Below, one piece after another: positions 35,554 through 44,910 of a stretch of 64,000 nucleotides of DNA. The position numbers and the translations under genes were made by a program. Position 1 is the stretch's first letter. The number at the start of each line of letters is the position of its first letter. Where the stretch lies: the NCBI GenBank assembly GCA_001781205.1, contig MFLE01000014.1:26107-90106 (forward strand). The letters are read 5' to 3'. The notes below the pieces were generated by a model that did no database searches, had not been told where the DNA came from, and was given only the letters and a program-made list of their open reading frames with translations. Origin of the DNA: Candidatus Kaiserbacteria bacterium RIFCSPHIGHO2_02_FULL_49_34 (GTDB taxonomy: Bacteria; Patescibacteriota; Minisyncoccia; Phycocordibacterales; UBA918).

Positions 35554-37920
35554 CTATTTTGTGCGTGGCGTCCATGTCCAGGCGTCGATTTCTTCGGGGT
35601 CGATCGCGTTTTCTATTATGTAGGCGCGGTGGTCGGTTAGTTTTTTTCGATACTGTTTTATGAGTTCGTCGGCTTTTGTTCGGGCGACGACGCCCGCGGT
35701 AACCATTTCTTCCCAGACTTCGATCGCGAGACTGTAGCGATCGGTGTTGTTGCGGATATGCATGTCGAACGGCGTTGTGGTTGAGCCGTTTTCTTCGTAG
35801 CCGTGTACGAGGAATCGTCGCCCACTCCCATTGCAGGCATAGTCGAAAAGCATTTGTTTGAGTGTTTGTGGGTATCCGTGGAAGTTGAAGAGGACTGGTT
35901 TGTCGTGCGTGAAATAGTCGTTGAAATTTGCGTGAGGAAGAGCGCATTCGCCCGAGCCGATACCGAGTGCGTTGAGGGTGATGATGTTCACAAAACGTAT
36001 GCGAACATTCGGTGTTTCTCGCTTCACGATGTCGAGTGCGGCGAGGCCTTCTTTGGTAAGGTAATCACCGATGGTTGCAATGATGATGTCGGGGCGGTCG
36101 TCGGATGCAAAGTCCCAGGTCATAATGCCGGCGTCGACTGCTTTCTGCGCCTCCGCGGGGGTGAGCCAGCGTGGTTCGAGCGTCTTCCCCGCGGTGATGA
36201 TGTTGATTTCTTGCGTTGAGGCGAGACATCGCTTGAGGCATGCGAGTGTGGTGTTGCCATCGGGTGGGTAGTAGGCATTCACGAAGCAGCCTTGGCGGTT
36301 GAGCATATCATCAACGAAGCCGGGGTTTTGATGCGAGAAGCCGTTGTGGTCTTGCCGCCAGCCTGATGAGGTGAGGATATAGTTGAGTGACGGAACTTTG
36401 CCACGCCATGAAACACTGCGGGCGATTTTCAAAAACTTTGCGTACTGGTCTACCATCGAGACAACGATTTGGATAAATGCTTCGTATGAGGCAAAGATGC
36501 CGTGACGTCCCGTAAGCACATAGCCCATGTACATACCTTGGAGGGTATGTTCGGAAAGCATTTCCATGACTCGTCCGTCGGGGGCGAGGTCCTTATCCCA
36601 CGCTTCGCGCTTTCCTACCCATGCGCGAGAGGTCTTTGTAAAGACTTCATCGAGTTTGTTTGAGTAGGTTTCATCGGGAGAAAAGAGGCGGAAGTTTTTT
36701 GCCTCGCTATTGCGTGCGAATACTTCGGTGAGGTAGGCGCCTGTACGACGCATTGATGAGGAGCCTACCGTTCCCGGAACATTTGCGTCTTCGGTGTAGG
36801 TCTCGATGTCGGGGAGTTCGAGTGGCGTGTATGCTGGCGAGCCGCCGCGCGCGTGTTTGCTTGAACCCATACGAAGTTCGGCAGGCGGAATTATTGCGCG
36901 AATATCTTCGGCGAATGTGCCATCAGTAAACAGCTCAGGGAAATTATATGAACGGAGCCATGTTTCAAGTGCGGTGAGATGTGCAGGGTTTGTCGCCGCT
37001 TCTTTGGCAATGACTTGGTGTGACAAGTGATTTCCCTCGAGCTTTTCGCCGTCGAGCTCGGCAATACCTGTCCAGCCTTTTGGAGTGCGCAAGATAATCA
37101 TTGGCCATTTTGGCACTTCCGCAACCTGCGCCTCGCTACCGCGTGCTGCTGTTTGGATTGTATGAATCTGTGCGTGTGCGGCACGGAGCGTTGCTTGCAT
37201 TACGGCGTACACGTCGCGCGTATCAGCAGCATCAACAATGTAGACCGTGTAGCCGTAGCCGGTAAAGAGGTGGGAGAGCTCAGCATCCGTCATGCGGCCG
37301 TAAATAGTTGGACCTGAGATTTTATAGCCGTTCACATGCACAATCGGGAGCACGGCACCTGAAGTTTTTGGATCGACGAATTTATTGCAGTGCCACGCGG
37401 TTGCGGTCGGCCCTGTTTCTGCTTCGCCGTCGCCGATGAGTACGGCGGTGATGAGGTCGGGGTTATCGAGCACGGTGCCGTAAGCTGTTGCAAGTGCGTA
37501 GCCAAGTTCGCCGCCTTCAAGAATAACGCCTGGCGCTTCAGGGTTGCTATGTGACGGGTAGCCATACGGCCAGCTGAAATTACGACAAAGGTGCATGATG
37601 CCTTCTGTGGACACAGGAAGGTTTGCATCAACATCGCCGAGCGAACCTTCAAGAAAAAGGTTTGCTTGGAGCGCAGGAAAGCCGTGTCCCGGGCCGAGTA
37701 CAAACATCATTTGTTGCTCTTTTTCGCTAATGAGCGCATTCAACTGTGCATAGGTAAAGTTAATACCAGGGCACGTTCCCCAATGCCCCAAAAGACGAGG
37801 CTTCACATCGATGTGCGCAAGCGGCTTTTCTAAGAGCACATTGTCGCGTAAATAAATTTGTGCCGCTGAAAGATAATTTGCAGCACGAACATAACGTTTT
37901 AGAGCATCAGTTGATATCAT
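35554..37920 (-). CDS. xfp: Xylulose-5-phosphate/fructose-6-phosphate phosphoketolase
   Basis: …GHWGTCPGINF…; the ~790-aa XFP family. TATACT 6 nt upstream of ATG 37920. The track ORF runs to 37962. Confidence 0.85.
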   Translation of the reverse strand: MISTDALKRYVRAANYLSAAQIYLRDNVLLEKPLAHIDVKPRLLGHWGTCPGINFTYAQLNALISEKEQQMMFVLGPGHGFPALQANLFLEGSLGDVDANLPVSTEGIMHLCRNFSWPYGYPSHSNPEAPGVILEGGELGYALATAYGTVLDNPDLITAVLIGDGEAETGPTATAWHCNKFVDPKTSGAVLPIVHVNGYKISGPTIYGRMTDAELSHLFTGYGYTVYIVDAADTRDVYAVMQATLRAAHAQIHTIQTAARGSEAQVAEVPKWPMIILRTPKGWTGIAELDGEKLEGNHLSHQVIAKEAATNPAHLTALETWLRSYNFPELFTDGTFAEDIRAIIPPAELRMGSSKHARGGSPAYTPLELPDIETYTEDANVPGTVGSSSMRRTGAYLTEVFARNSEAKNFRLFSPDETYSNKLDEVFTKTSRAWVGKREAWDKDLAPDGRVMEMLSEHTLQGMYMGYVLTGRHGIFASYEAFIQIVVSMVDQYAKFLKIARSVSWRGKVPSLNYILTSSGWRQDHNGFSHQNPGFVDDMLNRQGCFVNAYYPPDGNTTLACLKRCLASTQEINIITAGKTLEPRWLTPAEAQKAVDAGIMTWDFASDDRPDIIIATIGDYLTKEGLAALDIVKRETPNVRIRFVNIITLNALGIGSGECALPHANFNDYFTHDKPVLFNFHGYPQTLKQMLFDYACNGSGRRFLVHGYEENGSTTTPFDMHIRNNTDRYSLAIEVWEEMVTAGVVARTKADELIKQYRKKLTDHRAYIIENAIDPEEIDAWTWTPRTK

Positions 37921-38073
37921 GTGCGCAGTATACCACCAGACACCAAAATCAGTGAGATTCAAAAAAACCGCGAGCGCTATCTCGTGGTTTTTTAGAACAC
38001 TATTCAGAACAATCTAATTCTTTTAAAATTTACTTCAACCAGTGCAGATGGACCAATTTTGAAAGAATTAGGA

Positions 38074-38727
38074 TTAGTCGATGATTTGGAGATTAGTACC
38101 CACTTCGTAGAGGTCAGTACTGTTACCGCCATCAGTTGCCATCTTATTGGTGCCACCCTGGTCACCTGCAGTGTCGCCATAGGCAATACTTTCAAGACGT
38201 GCCGTCATTTCAAACGCAAGTGGTGCATTTGAACATGCGTAGCGGTAAACCATAGTCGTTGATGCAAGAGTACCGGTCGTGAGGGCTGTAGTATCCTGTG
38301 CGGGATCAAGCGGAAGTGCTGCAAGTGGCGAACCGCCAGCAATACCACCAAAATCTACAGGAATCCAACCAAGACCGGTGCCGTCTCCGTTTCCTACTGT
38401 TGTGTCAGCGCTTCCAACATAGGTTACGCCACTAACCGCTGCTCCTGTGATTGGCTTACTAAGATACACTTGCCCTGGCGCTGCATTTGGTGCTGGGAAA
38501 CAGGTGCCGAGCGATGGGTTTGGTGTCACTGTCATATACATCGCAATAGCAGTACGTACTGATGAGAGATCAGAGAGGCGCTGCACGTCACGTGCGCGGC
38601 GGAGTGTTTCCACTGGGTTAATAACAATAACGAGTATGGTCGCGAGAATGGCAATAATCGCGATCACAATGAGGAGCTCGAGCAGGGTGAAGCCCTTGGC
38701 TGTTGAAGTTGATGATGTTGAACGCAT
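38074..38727 (-). CDS. Type IV pilin / pseudopilin (prepilin with class III signal)
   Basis: KGFTLLELLIVIAIIAILATI N-methylation motif, with a Gly/Thr-rich C-terminal domain. Confidence 0.8.
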   Translation of the reverse strand: MRSTSSTSTAKGFTLLELLIVIAIIAILATILVIVINPVETLRRARDVQRLSDLSSVRTAIAMYMTVTPNPSLGTCFPAPNAAPGQVYLSKPITGAAVSGVTYVGSADTTVGNGDGTGLGWIPVDFGGIAGGSPLAALPLDPAQDTTALTTGTLASTTMVYRYACSNAPLAFEMTARLESIAYGDTAGDQGGTNKMATDGGNSTDLYEVGTNLQIID

Positions 38728-38771
38728 AAATATAGATTAATTAATAGTTGCCAGTTCGCGGCAATACAAAG

Positions 38772-38809
38772 AGTATACTACACCTTTCTAAAAATAACCT
38801 GTGGATAAC
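38772..38809 (-). promoter_or_regulatory. Pilin promoter carrying the shared upstream motif
   Basis: On the coding strand: GTTATCCAC, 23 nt, TATACT (plus-strand positions 38801-38809 and 38772-38777), ~45-nt leader. Confidence 0.5.
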
Positions 38810-38897
38810 GCCTTTAGCTGAGAAATTAAACGTAACACTACTGGGAGGTTTCTATTTTTCAGGACAACAAAAGAACAATAGTGAACACTGCTTAGCA

Positions 38898-39028
38898 GCC
38901 TGGATCCCGTCAGGATGACAAAAGTTTGATGCAATGTTTAAAATTAATGAATGGTTAAAATCGATTTTAACCATTCATTAATTTTAAACCACATTCCCTC
39001 CTTTTGTCATCCTGACGGGATCCAGCGC
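38898..39028. repeat. Palindromic MITE-like repeat, family 1, copy C
   Basis: gCCTGGATCCcgtcaGGATGACAAAAg ... cTTTTGTCATCCtgacgGGATCCAGc, with a 50-bp perfect central palindrome ttaaaattaatgaatGGTTAAAATCGATTTTAACCattcattaattttaa. Confidence 0.85.
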
Positions 39029-39097
39029 TAGGGCAAGAGGTGAGATAGCTCTCCATATGTTAGATTCATAATTCTCTAGAATTGTTACATTAATTTC

Positions 39098-40564
39098 TTG
39101 AGGTCAGAAGATATCCACACATCGTTTTTTCGAAATGACGGTATACTAGTCGTGATGAGTTTCTTTGCGCACTTTATACGAGACGAACGGATTACCGCAC
39201 TCCACATTGCAGAAGACGCAGTGTCTGCACTTTCATTTACGCATACCACAAAACAGCTCAGTGCTATCCGCATCACGCGCATCCCCCTTGCCGCAGGCGT
39301 AATTATCGAAGGTCGCGTCGCAGACCCGACGGCACTCTCTCGCGTCTTGCGCGACCTTCGTATCAAAAACAAGGCATACCGCCACGTTGTTGTCGCGCTT
39401 CCGCATGCGGCAATTTTCACCAAAGCAGTTATCTTTCCCGAAACACTCGACGCAGAAAATGACGCCGCACGCCTCCTTGAAACAGCAAACCTTTCACTTG
39501 AGTGGAATATCCCCTTCCATCCTAACGAACGCTTCGCCGATGTTGATATCCTCCATGAACCAGTCTCAGGCATGCATATTCATGCCATTGCAGCCGAACA
39601 TGCCACCCCCTATATTACCGCACTCGAAAACGCCGGCTTCAAACTTGTTGCCCTCGAATCTGAACACGACGCTATTGCACGTGCCGCAGAGCGGGGTGCA
39701 CACGTCATCACGTCCTTTACCAGTCCCACCTACGAAAATATCCTTGCCTGCCGCGACGGCTTTGCCCTCCTCTCAAGTACTCACGCACTGGGCGCATTCC
39801 CCACAAAAACCGCACGAACAAATGCAGTGAAGCGTGCCGCAGAATTTGTCGCATCACGGTTTGGCAAGCGTCCGGTGGTTAAGGTCTTCGAGAAACTCCC
39901 CCTTCTCGAAGAAGTGAAAAAGATTATCGATGCTCGCAACGATATCTCACTCATACCACTCCTTGGTGTCGCACTCCGTGCACGTACCGCACGCCGCGAC
40001 GATGTCGCTGCAAGCCTCCTCCCTATCGGCACGGAAGAAGCCTACGAATACCAAAAACTCGAAGCATTCATCGGCGGACTTGGCACACTTACCCTCCTCA
40101 CCGCACTCATCATTACCGGCGCCGCAATCTCTGCATGGTACGGTGTCCGTACACAGCTCGCGACAATTCCTCGAGGCGACCTCTTCACCGAAACATTCTC
40201 AGTCGACACCGCACTTACGGAAGAGCGTGCAAACTACGAACGATGGAGCGCGGTTATTGCCACCGTTGGCCCCCTTGCAACCGAAGAAACTTCCTTCGCA
40301 CGCATGACCGCCTTCATTCGAACATACGCCATCAGCGGCATCTCAATCCGTGATGTATCTGCCGACGCAACCACCGTTCGTCTTGGCGGCGTCGCTCGTA
40401 GTCGAACCCACCTCAACACATTCCGCGACGCGCTCAAGAGTGCGGAAGAAGTCGCAACCGTAGAACTCCCTATTACCGACGCCGAACTCCGCGGTGACAT
40501 CCCGTTCCAAATGACCATTACCTTTAAGCCTGCTGTTTGGCAATCCTGGGTACCCAATAACTAA
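39098..40564 (+). CDS. PilM-PilN fusion protein (actin-like pilus assembly ATPase-fold domain, TM, periplasmic PilN-like domain)
   Basis: The N-terminal ~320 aa resembles PilM; TM GLGTLTLLTALIITGAAISAWY; C-terminal ~140 aa. Start could be an internal Met near 39155. Confidence 0.6.
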   Translation: MRSEDIHTSFFRNDGILVVMSFFAHFIRDERITALHIAEDAVSALSFTHTTKQLSAIRITRIPLAAGVIIEGRVADPTALSRVLRDLRIKNKAYRHVVVALPHAAIFTKAVIFPETLDAENDAARLLETANLSLEWNIPFHPNERFADVDILHEPVSGMHIHAIAAEHATPYITALENAGFKLVALESEHDAIARAAERGAHVITSFTSPTYENILACRDGFALLSSTHALGAFPTKTARTNAVKRAAEFVASRFGKRPVVKVFEKLPLLEEVKKIIDARNDISLIPLLGVALRARTARRDDVAASLLPIGTEEAYEYQKLEAFIGGLGTLTLLTALIITGAAISAWYGVRTQLATIPRGDLFTETFSVDTALTEERANYERWSAVIATVGPLATEETSFARMTAFIRTYAISGISIRDVSADATTVRLGGVARSRTHLNTFRDALKSAEEVATVELPITDAELRGDIPFQMTITFKPAVWQSWVPNN

Positions 40565-40565
40565 C

Positions 40566-40685
40566 TTCTTTCAAAATGGGATGAAATTGCGTTGGTTGGA
40601 GCAAAATTTTGACGGAGCCGTACCCAATGTACGGTGAGGGCAAAATTTTGCGAAACCAATGCAAGTTTGCCCATTTTGAAAGAAG
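40566..40685. repeat. MITE-like repeat, family 2, copy 1 (perfect 16-bp terminal inverted repeats)
   Basis: cttctttcaaaatggg ... cccattttgaaagaag; internal conserved core gccGTACCcaatGTACggtga flanked by the self-complementary gcaaaattttg/caaaattttgc. Confidence 0.8.
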
Positions 40686-40699
40686 CATTAAAGCAAAAT

Positions 40700-41281
40700 A
40701 TGACACACACATCTCTCACACGTTCTATCCTCATCCGCATCACGGTTCTCGTGCTGCTTCTGTGTGTCATTGTGGGTGCAAAAGTATACGCGACACGCGA
40801 GATGAACATCACCCTGCAAGATATTCGCGCACACTACGAACAGGTTGCAAGCATTCGTGCCGCACGTGATTCCTCTATCGCGTTTCTCTCTTCGTTTACG
40901 GCAATCGCGGGCAACGAATCACGGATTCGCGCTGCCTTCCCTTCTGCCGACTACATCGTTCCTTTCCGTGACGCGGTCGAGGATGCTGCAGCACGCACCG
41001 ATGCAACCGTCACTGCAACCTACAGCAACCCGTCAGCGACGAATTTTACCCTTCCTGAACATCCGCAGGGTACCGCACGCGAACAGGTCTACCGCATTGA
41101 GACAACCTTTGTCGTTGAAGGCGATGCTCGTGCACTCGAACGCCTCCTCGCTGAGCTTGAAGCGCTTCCATACTACTTCACGGTCACGGGTGTAAAAAGC
41201 ACAAGTGCACAGCAAGACGGATGGGAGGCTGGCACGCGCACCACGATAACCGGCGTCTTGTACGCCATTCACGAAATATAG
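40700..41281 (+). CDS. PilO-like pilus assembly protein (hypothetical)
   Basis: Single TM (ILIRITVLVLLLCVIVGAKV), then a periplasmic domain; gene order after pilM/N. The track ORF starts at 40634. Confidence 0.4.
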   Translation: MTHTSLTRSILIRITVLVLLLCVIVGAKVYATREMNITLQDIRAHYEQVASIRAARDSSIAFLSSFTAIAGNESRIRAAFPSADYIVPFRDAVEDAAARTDATVTATYSNPSATNFTLPEHPQGTAREQVYRIETTFVVEGDARALERLLAELEALPYYFTVTGVKSTSAQQDGWEAGTRTTITGVLYAIHEI

Positions 41282-41284
41282 CCT

Positions 41285-41866
41285 ATGCATACTCGACCTT
41301 TCTACACCACCCAGACGTTCTACATCGTCATGACGACGACGTTTGTCTTGGTGCTTGCACTTATTTTCACCACCACAACGCGCGACCTTCGCGCCATCAT
41401 CGAGCAAACCTTCGTGGCCGAAACAGGCACCGTCCAAACTCTTACCGTTGAGAATGAGCACTACCTCGCGCTCAAAGCAAAACTGAGCCTCCCCGACATT
41501 GCACAGAGAGAAGCCCCCATTACTCCTGACGAAGCACAAGGAGCTGCTACTTCCACCGAAGAAGCTATCAGTACTACAGCACCTACACTCAATCTCCTCG
41601 ATTACTCCCTCGCCGTCCGCAATGGCACAACCATCCAGGGTCATGCTGGCAATCTTGCCACACTCCTTGAAGGAGCAGGTTTCGCAAAAGCAGCAACCGG
41701 CAACGCTTCACCGCAAACAGTCACCGAAATCTACATCAATGCTGACATTCGCACTGAGGTCTTTGCACTTCTCAAAGCCGCCGCTCCCGAGCTTCTCGCC
41801 GAAGCACAACTCATGCAAAACAATCCAACCAGCGCCGATATCGTTATCATCCTCGGTAGCAACTAA
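41285..41866 (+). CDS. LytR_C-domain membrane protein
   Basis: C-terminal LAVRNGTTIQGHAGNLATLLEGAGF...DIVIILGSN resembles the LytR C-terminal domain. Confidence 0.5.
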   Translation: MHTRPFYTTQTFYIVMTTTFVLVLALIFTTTTRDLRAIIEQTFVAETGTVQTLTVENEHYLALKAKLSLPDIAQREAPITPDEAQGAATSTEEAISTTAPTLNLLDYSLAVRNGTTIQGHAGNLATLLEGAGFAKAATGNASPQTVTEIYINADIRTEVFALLKAAAPELLAEAQLMQNNPTSADIVIILGSN

Positions 41867-41903
41867 AAAACTCGCAGAATAATTCTGCGAGTTTTTTTAT
41901 TAC
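41866..41903. terminator. Bidirectional terminator
   Basis: aaaaactcgcagaataattctgcgagttttttt. Confidence 0.75.
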
Positions 41904-42391
41904 TGAACCGTAAACGGAGTCATAACACCCTCAACCATTTCGAATGTTGTTTCGAAATCAGTTGCCTGTGTGTAGAACACAACCGCGTATGACTTACCTG
42001 CTTCAGTTGCGCGGTAGAGGTCTACCTTGCCTGGATACTTCCCGTCACTCTGTGAGTAGCGTGATGCACCGAGAACATTACCGAGAACGCCGTCAGTGTA
42101 GTCACGAATCGCAACCCAACCTTCGGTTGCAGGGTATTCAGTAACATTAACTGCTACCATCTCGCCTGCAACTGCACCCTCGACTGTAACCTTTCCTGCG
42201 CCAACCTTTGGTGCAGCTGTGTCTGCATTGACGGTGTCAATAACAGCTGCCTCGTTTGCATCTACTACCGCATCTGCTGGTGCCGCAGTCTCTCCTGTTG
42301 AGAAGACCCACACGAGGAGACCACCGATGAGGAGGCCTGCCACGAATGCGACAACGCTTTTCTGATAATCCTGATTTGTAACTGTGTTCAT
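41900..42391 (-). CDS. Hypothetical membrane-anchored exported protein
   Basis: N-terminal TM VVAFVAGLLIGGLLVWVF; C-terminal ~120-aa domain. Confidence 0.45.
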   Translation of the reverse strand: MNTVTNQDYQKSVVAFVAGLLIGGLLVWVFSTGETAAPADAVVDANEAAVIDTVNADTAAPKVGAGKVTVEGAVAGEMVAVNVTEYPATEGWVAIRDYTDGVLGNVLGASRYSQSDGKYPGKVDLYRATEAGKSYAVVFYTQATDFETTFEMVEGVMTPFTVQ

Positions 42392-42559
42392 GTTGGAACT
42401 CTATTATCTATTACCGTGTAATGTCACAAGTATACCACCTTGAAAATGAGGCACATCTTGACATGAACTGCATAATGCATGCCAGTGTTATTAGCCGTCT
42501 CCCCGTAAAAGCGACGACCATTGACTTTTTTCTTGTAGCACGCTACTACTAAACACAGC

Positions 42560-42994
42560 TTGTACTACACCATGCCGAGGATTATCCCTATGAGCAGTCG
42601 CCCATCAGCACAATGGCTCGTAGGTTGGTTCTATGAGCGGATGTTCTCTCTCTTGCACCAATCCGAATGGGAGGTCGTGTGGAAACAAAAATATATTTTT
42701 GGAAAAGGTCGTGTCAAACGTCCGCTCTGTGGACTTGTTGAGTTTGAAGACAGGTGCATGTATCTGAGCCCGTCGCTCAAAATACATCCTGACAACGAAA
42801 CTCTTTTACTCACAGTAATCCACGAATGTGCGCATGTACTTTTTGGTGAAGTCTCCGCAAATGAAAAAGGCTTTGTTCCTCACGCATCCATTTTCGAACT
42901 CGAAGCACTCGCGAACCATTTCACCCACCAGCAAAAGAAGGATCTCCTTGCACTCCTCCCCTTTCACCCCTCATGTCTGCTCCGCAAAAAGTAG
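42560..42994 (+). CDS. SprT-like zinc metalloprotease-domain protein
   Basis: HExxH motif VIHECAHVLFGE in a SprT-like context. Confidence 0.55.
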   Translation: MYYTMPRIIPMSSRPSAQWLVGWFYERMFSLLHQSEWEVVWKQKYIFGKGRVKRPLCGLVEFEDRCMYLSPSLKIHPDNETLLLTVIHECAHVLFGEVSANEKGFVPHASIFELEALANHFTHQQKKDLLALLPFHPSCLLRKK

Positions 42995-42996
42995 CA

Positions 42997-43030
42997 GACA
43001 TACAAAAGCCGCGCATGCGGCTTTTCTTTT
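42997..43030. terminator. Bidirectional terminator
   Basis: aaaagccgcgcatgcggcttttctttttt. Confidence 0.7.
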
Positions 43031-43045
43031 TTGTCGCAACTCCCT

Positions 43046-44320
43046 CTACTGAATGGTACCGAGGTATGGAATATTGAGAATCTTGTTGCTGTGGGGGATT
43101 TTAAGGAGTGGGGTGCCGGTGTCTTCTTCGGAACGTGTTTGCTTCGGACGGAGACTTGAGGCTCGCTCGAGGGGGAGTCCGCCGCTTCGATACATGAGTG
43201 TGTCGACAACGTCATTGAGCGTGTTGCGTTTTTCTTCAGTTTCGTCTTCCGCAGTTGTGAAGAGTTTTTGTTGCGCGGCACTCTCAAGCATTCCGTGTGT
43301 GCCGACATAGACGGCGCGGTAGCGGACGCCTTTGCGATACATGGCGTGCAAAGCTTCCTCAGCAAGCTGCATAATAGTGCCCGGATCATTTGTTGGTGAT
43401 GGACACTTTATGGTGTAAGTAACAAGTGTATGAATGTCAGGAAATGCTTTGTAGCCAATGGTTACCGCGTGCATACGAGCGTGTTGCGTGCGGAGTTTTC
43501 GGCACACGCGCTCAATGTTGCGCGAAAATTCAGTGAGGAGCGGAGCGAATGCAATGATTGGCTCCATGAATGCTTGGATACTACTGACGCTCTGCGCATT
43601 TTCTCTTGCTTCAATACCTCGCACCGAAGTGCCGCGGAGTTCATAGGCGAGTTCGACAAGTGGCTTATTGTAACGGCGTTCTATTTCGTGCGGTGCAAGC
43701 GCGAGGAGGTTGCCGATAGTAAGGATGCCCTGTTCTGCAAGTTTTTGTTCGGTCCGGCCGCCGATGCCGGGAACTTTTCGTAGCGACACACTATTGAGCA
43801 TGTCAAGATTTTCTGGTGTGACTATCGTAAGTCCTCGCGGCTTTTTAAAACCTGATGCAATTTTCGCAATCGTCATTGTTGGTCCAACACCAATGGAAAT
43901 GGTGAGTCCAAGTTTTATACAAAGTTCTTCTTGCAGTGCTTTCGCAAAACCTCGCACATCACTCCACGTAGTAACGCTCGACACATCCGCAAAACATTCA
44001 TCGATCGAACCTTCAGAGATATCTGATACATATCGCCGTACGATGCTTTTCATACGTTCTGAAAAAAGCTCATACTTACGATAGTCCGACGCAAGGAGTG
44101 CAACCTGCGGAAACTCGCGACTCAGTGCCGTCTGACTCATTGGACGCCGCACCCCGAGCGCCTTTGCCTCATACGAAATAGCCGTCACAATACCGCGCTC
44201 ACGCCCCACCGCAATCGGTTTCCCACGCCACTGCATATTGGTTGCCTGTTCACACGACGCAAAAAACGCATCGCCGTCGACGTGCATGAAAATCTTTGCG
44301 TTTTTTTGTGAGAATTGCAT
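43046..44320 (-). CDS. Y-family DNA polymerase (DinB/UmuC-like)
   Basis: MHVDGDAFFASCEQ...; typical Y-family palm, fingers and little-finger order. Confidence 0.85.
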   Translation of the reverse strand: MQFSQKNAKIFMHVDGDAFFASCEQATNMQWRGKPIAVGRERGIVTAISYEAKALGVRRPMSQTALSREFPQVALLASDYRKYELFSERMKSIVRRYVSDISEGSIDECFADVSSVTTWSDVRGFAKALQEELCIKLGLTISIGVGPTMTIAKIASGFKKPRGLTIVTPENLDMLNSVSLRKVPGIGGRTEQKLAEQGILTIGNLLALAPHEIERRYNKPLVELAYELRGTSVRGIEARENAQSVSSIQAFMEPIIAFAPLLTEFSRNIERVCRKLRTQHARMHAVTIGYKAFPDIHTLVTYTIKCPSPTNDPGTIMQLAEEALHAMYRKGVRYRAVYVGTHGMLESAAQQKLFTTAEDETEEKRNTLNDVVDTLMYRSGGLPLERASSLRPKQTRSEEDTGTPLLKIPHSNKILNIPYLGTIQ

Positions 44321-44350
44321 GGGTTATATACTCGAGGCTATTGCCCTAAC

Positions 44351-44481
44351 GCTGGATCCCTCTTGGATGACAAATGTTAGGTGCTATGTTCAAAAGAGAT
44401 TTATGGTTAAAATCGATTTTAAACTCTTATTAATTTAGAGCACACTACCCAAAATTTGTCATCCAGGAGGGATCCGGAGTC
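44351..44481. repeat. Palindromic MITE-like repeat, family 1, copy D (inside the umuD-like/polymerase operon)
   Basis: gCTGGATCCctcttGGATGACAAAtg ... aaaTTTGTCATCCaggagGGATCCgGAGtc; core ttatGGTTAAAATCGATTTTAAac. Confidence 0.8.
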
Positions 44482-44496
44482 ACAGCGAAAAACTTG

Positions 44497-44871
44497 TTAG
44501 TTCTCATACTTCCGAATACAAGCAATTACCTTACCTTCTATATTCAAAGACTCCTGCGGGATAAGCTTCGGATACATCTCATTCGCTGCTTCCAGATACT
44601 GTTCGCCTCGACCGTTCTTACGTAGAAATCGTACCACATAGTCGCCATCAATTTCTGCCACCACAATATCCCCTGCGCGCACACTTCGCGTGCGCTCAAT
44701 TAAAAGATAATCACCCGACGCAACCTGCGTATCAAGAAGCGCCTCACCTTCCATTCTCATAAGATACGTCGCATCTGGATCAGCCAAAAGCCACGCCTCA
44801 AGCGTCCCCACATCACTCCCATCATCAACAGGTGAACCAAAACCAGCCATGGAGCAAGTATACCACATCAA
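44497..44871 (-). CDS. S24 peptidase-domain protein (UmuD-like, no HTH)
   Basis: A Ser-Lys dyad context (CSMAGFGSP...RFLRKNG) and the LexA/UmuD C-terminal domain pattern; located upstream of the Y-family polymerase. Confidence 0.65.
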   Translation of the reverse strand: MMWYTCSMAGFGSPVDDGSDVGTLEAWLLADPDATYLMRMEGEALLDTQVASGDYLLIERTRSVRAGDIVVAEIDGDYVVRFLRKNGRGEQYLEAANEMYPKLIPQESLNIEGKVIACIRKYEN

Positions 44872-44875
44872 AAAA

Positions 44876-44903
44876 TCCCCTGGAGGGGATTTTTAAATGA
44901 TAC
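44876..44903. terminator. Terminator after surface protein gene A
   Basis: aaaaatcccctggaggggattttt. Confidence 0.7.
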
Positions 44904-44910
44904 TTGCATT

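Noticed and set aside
38074-38728. Apparent one-base discrepancy between my reading of the printed sequence lines around 38701 and the ORF-track frame of the pilin gene
   Set aside because: The track protein MRSTSSTSTAKGF… only translates if one C near 38700-38701 is not counted. This is most likely a reading or transcription slip on my side rather than a real frameshift or pseudogene. The pilin is therefore called intact, and my coordinates for non-coding elements near this region carry a ±1 nt uncertainty.
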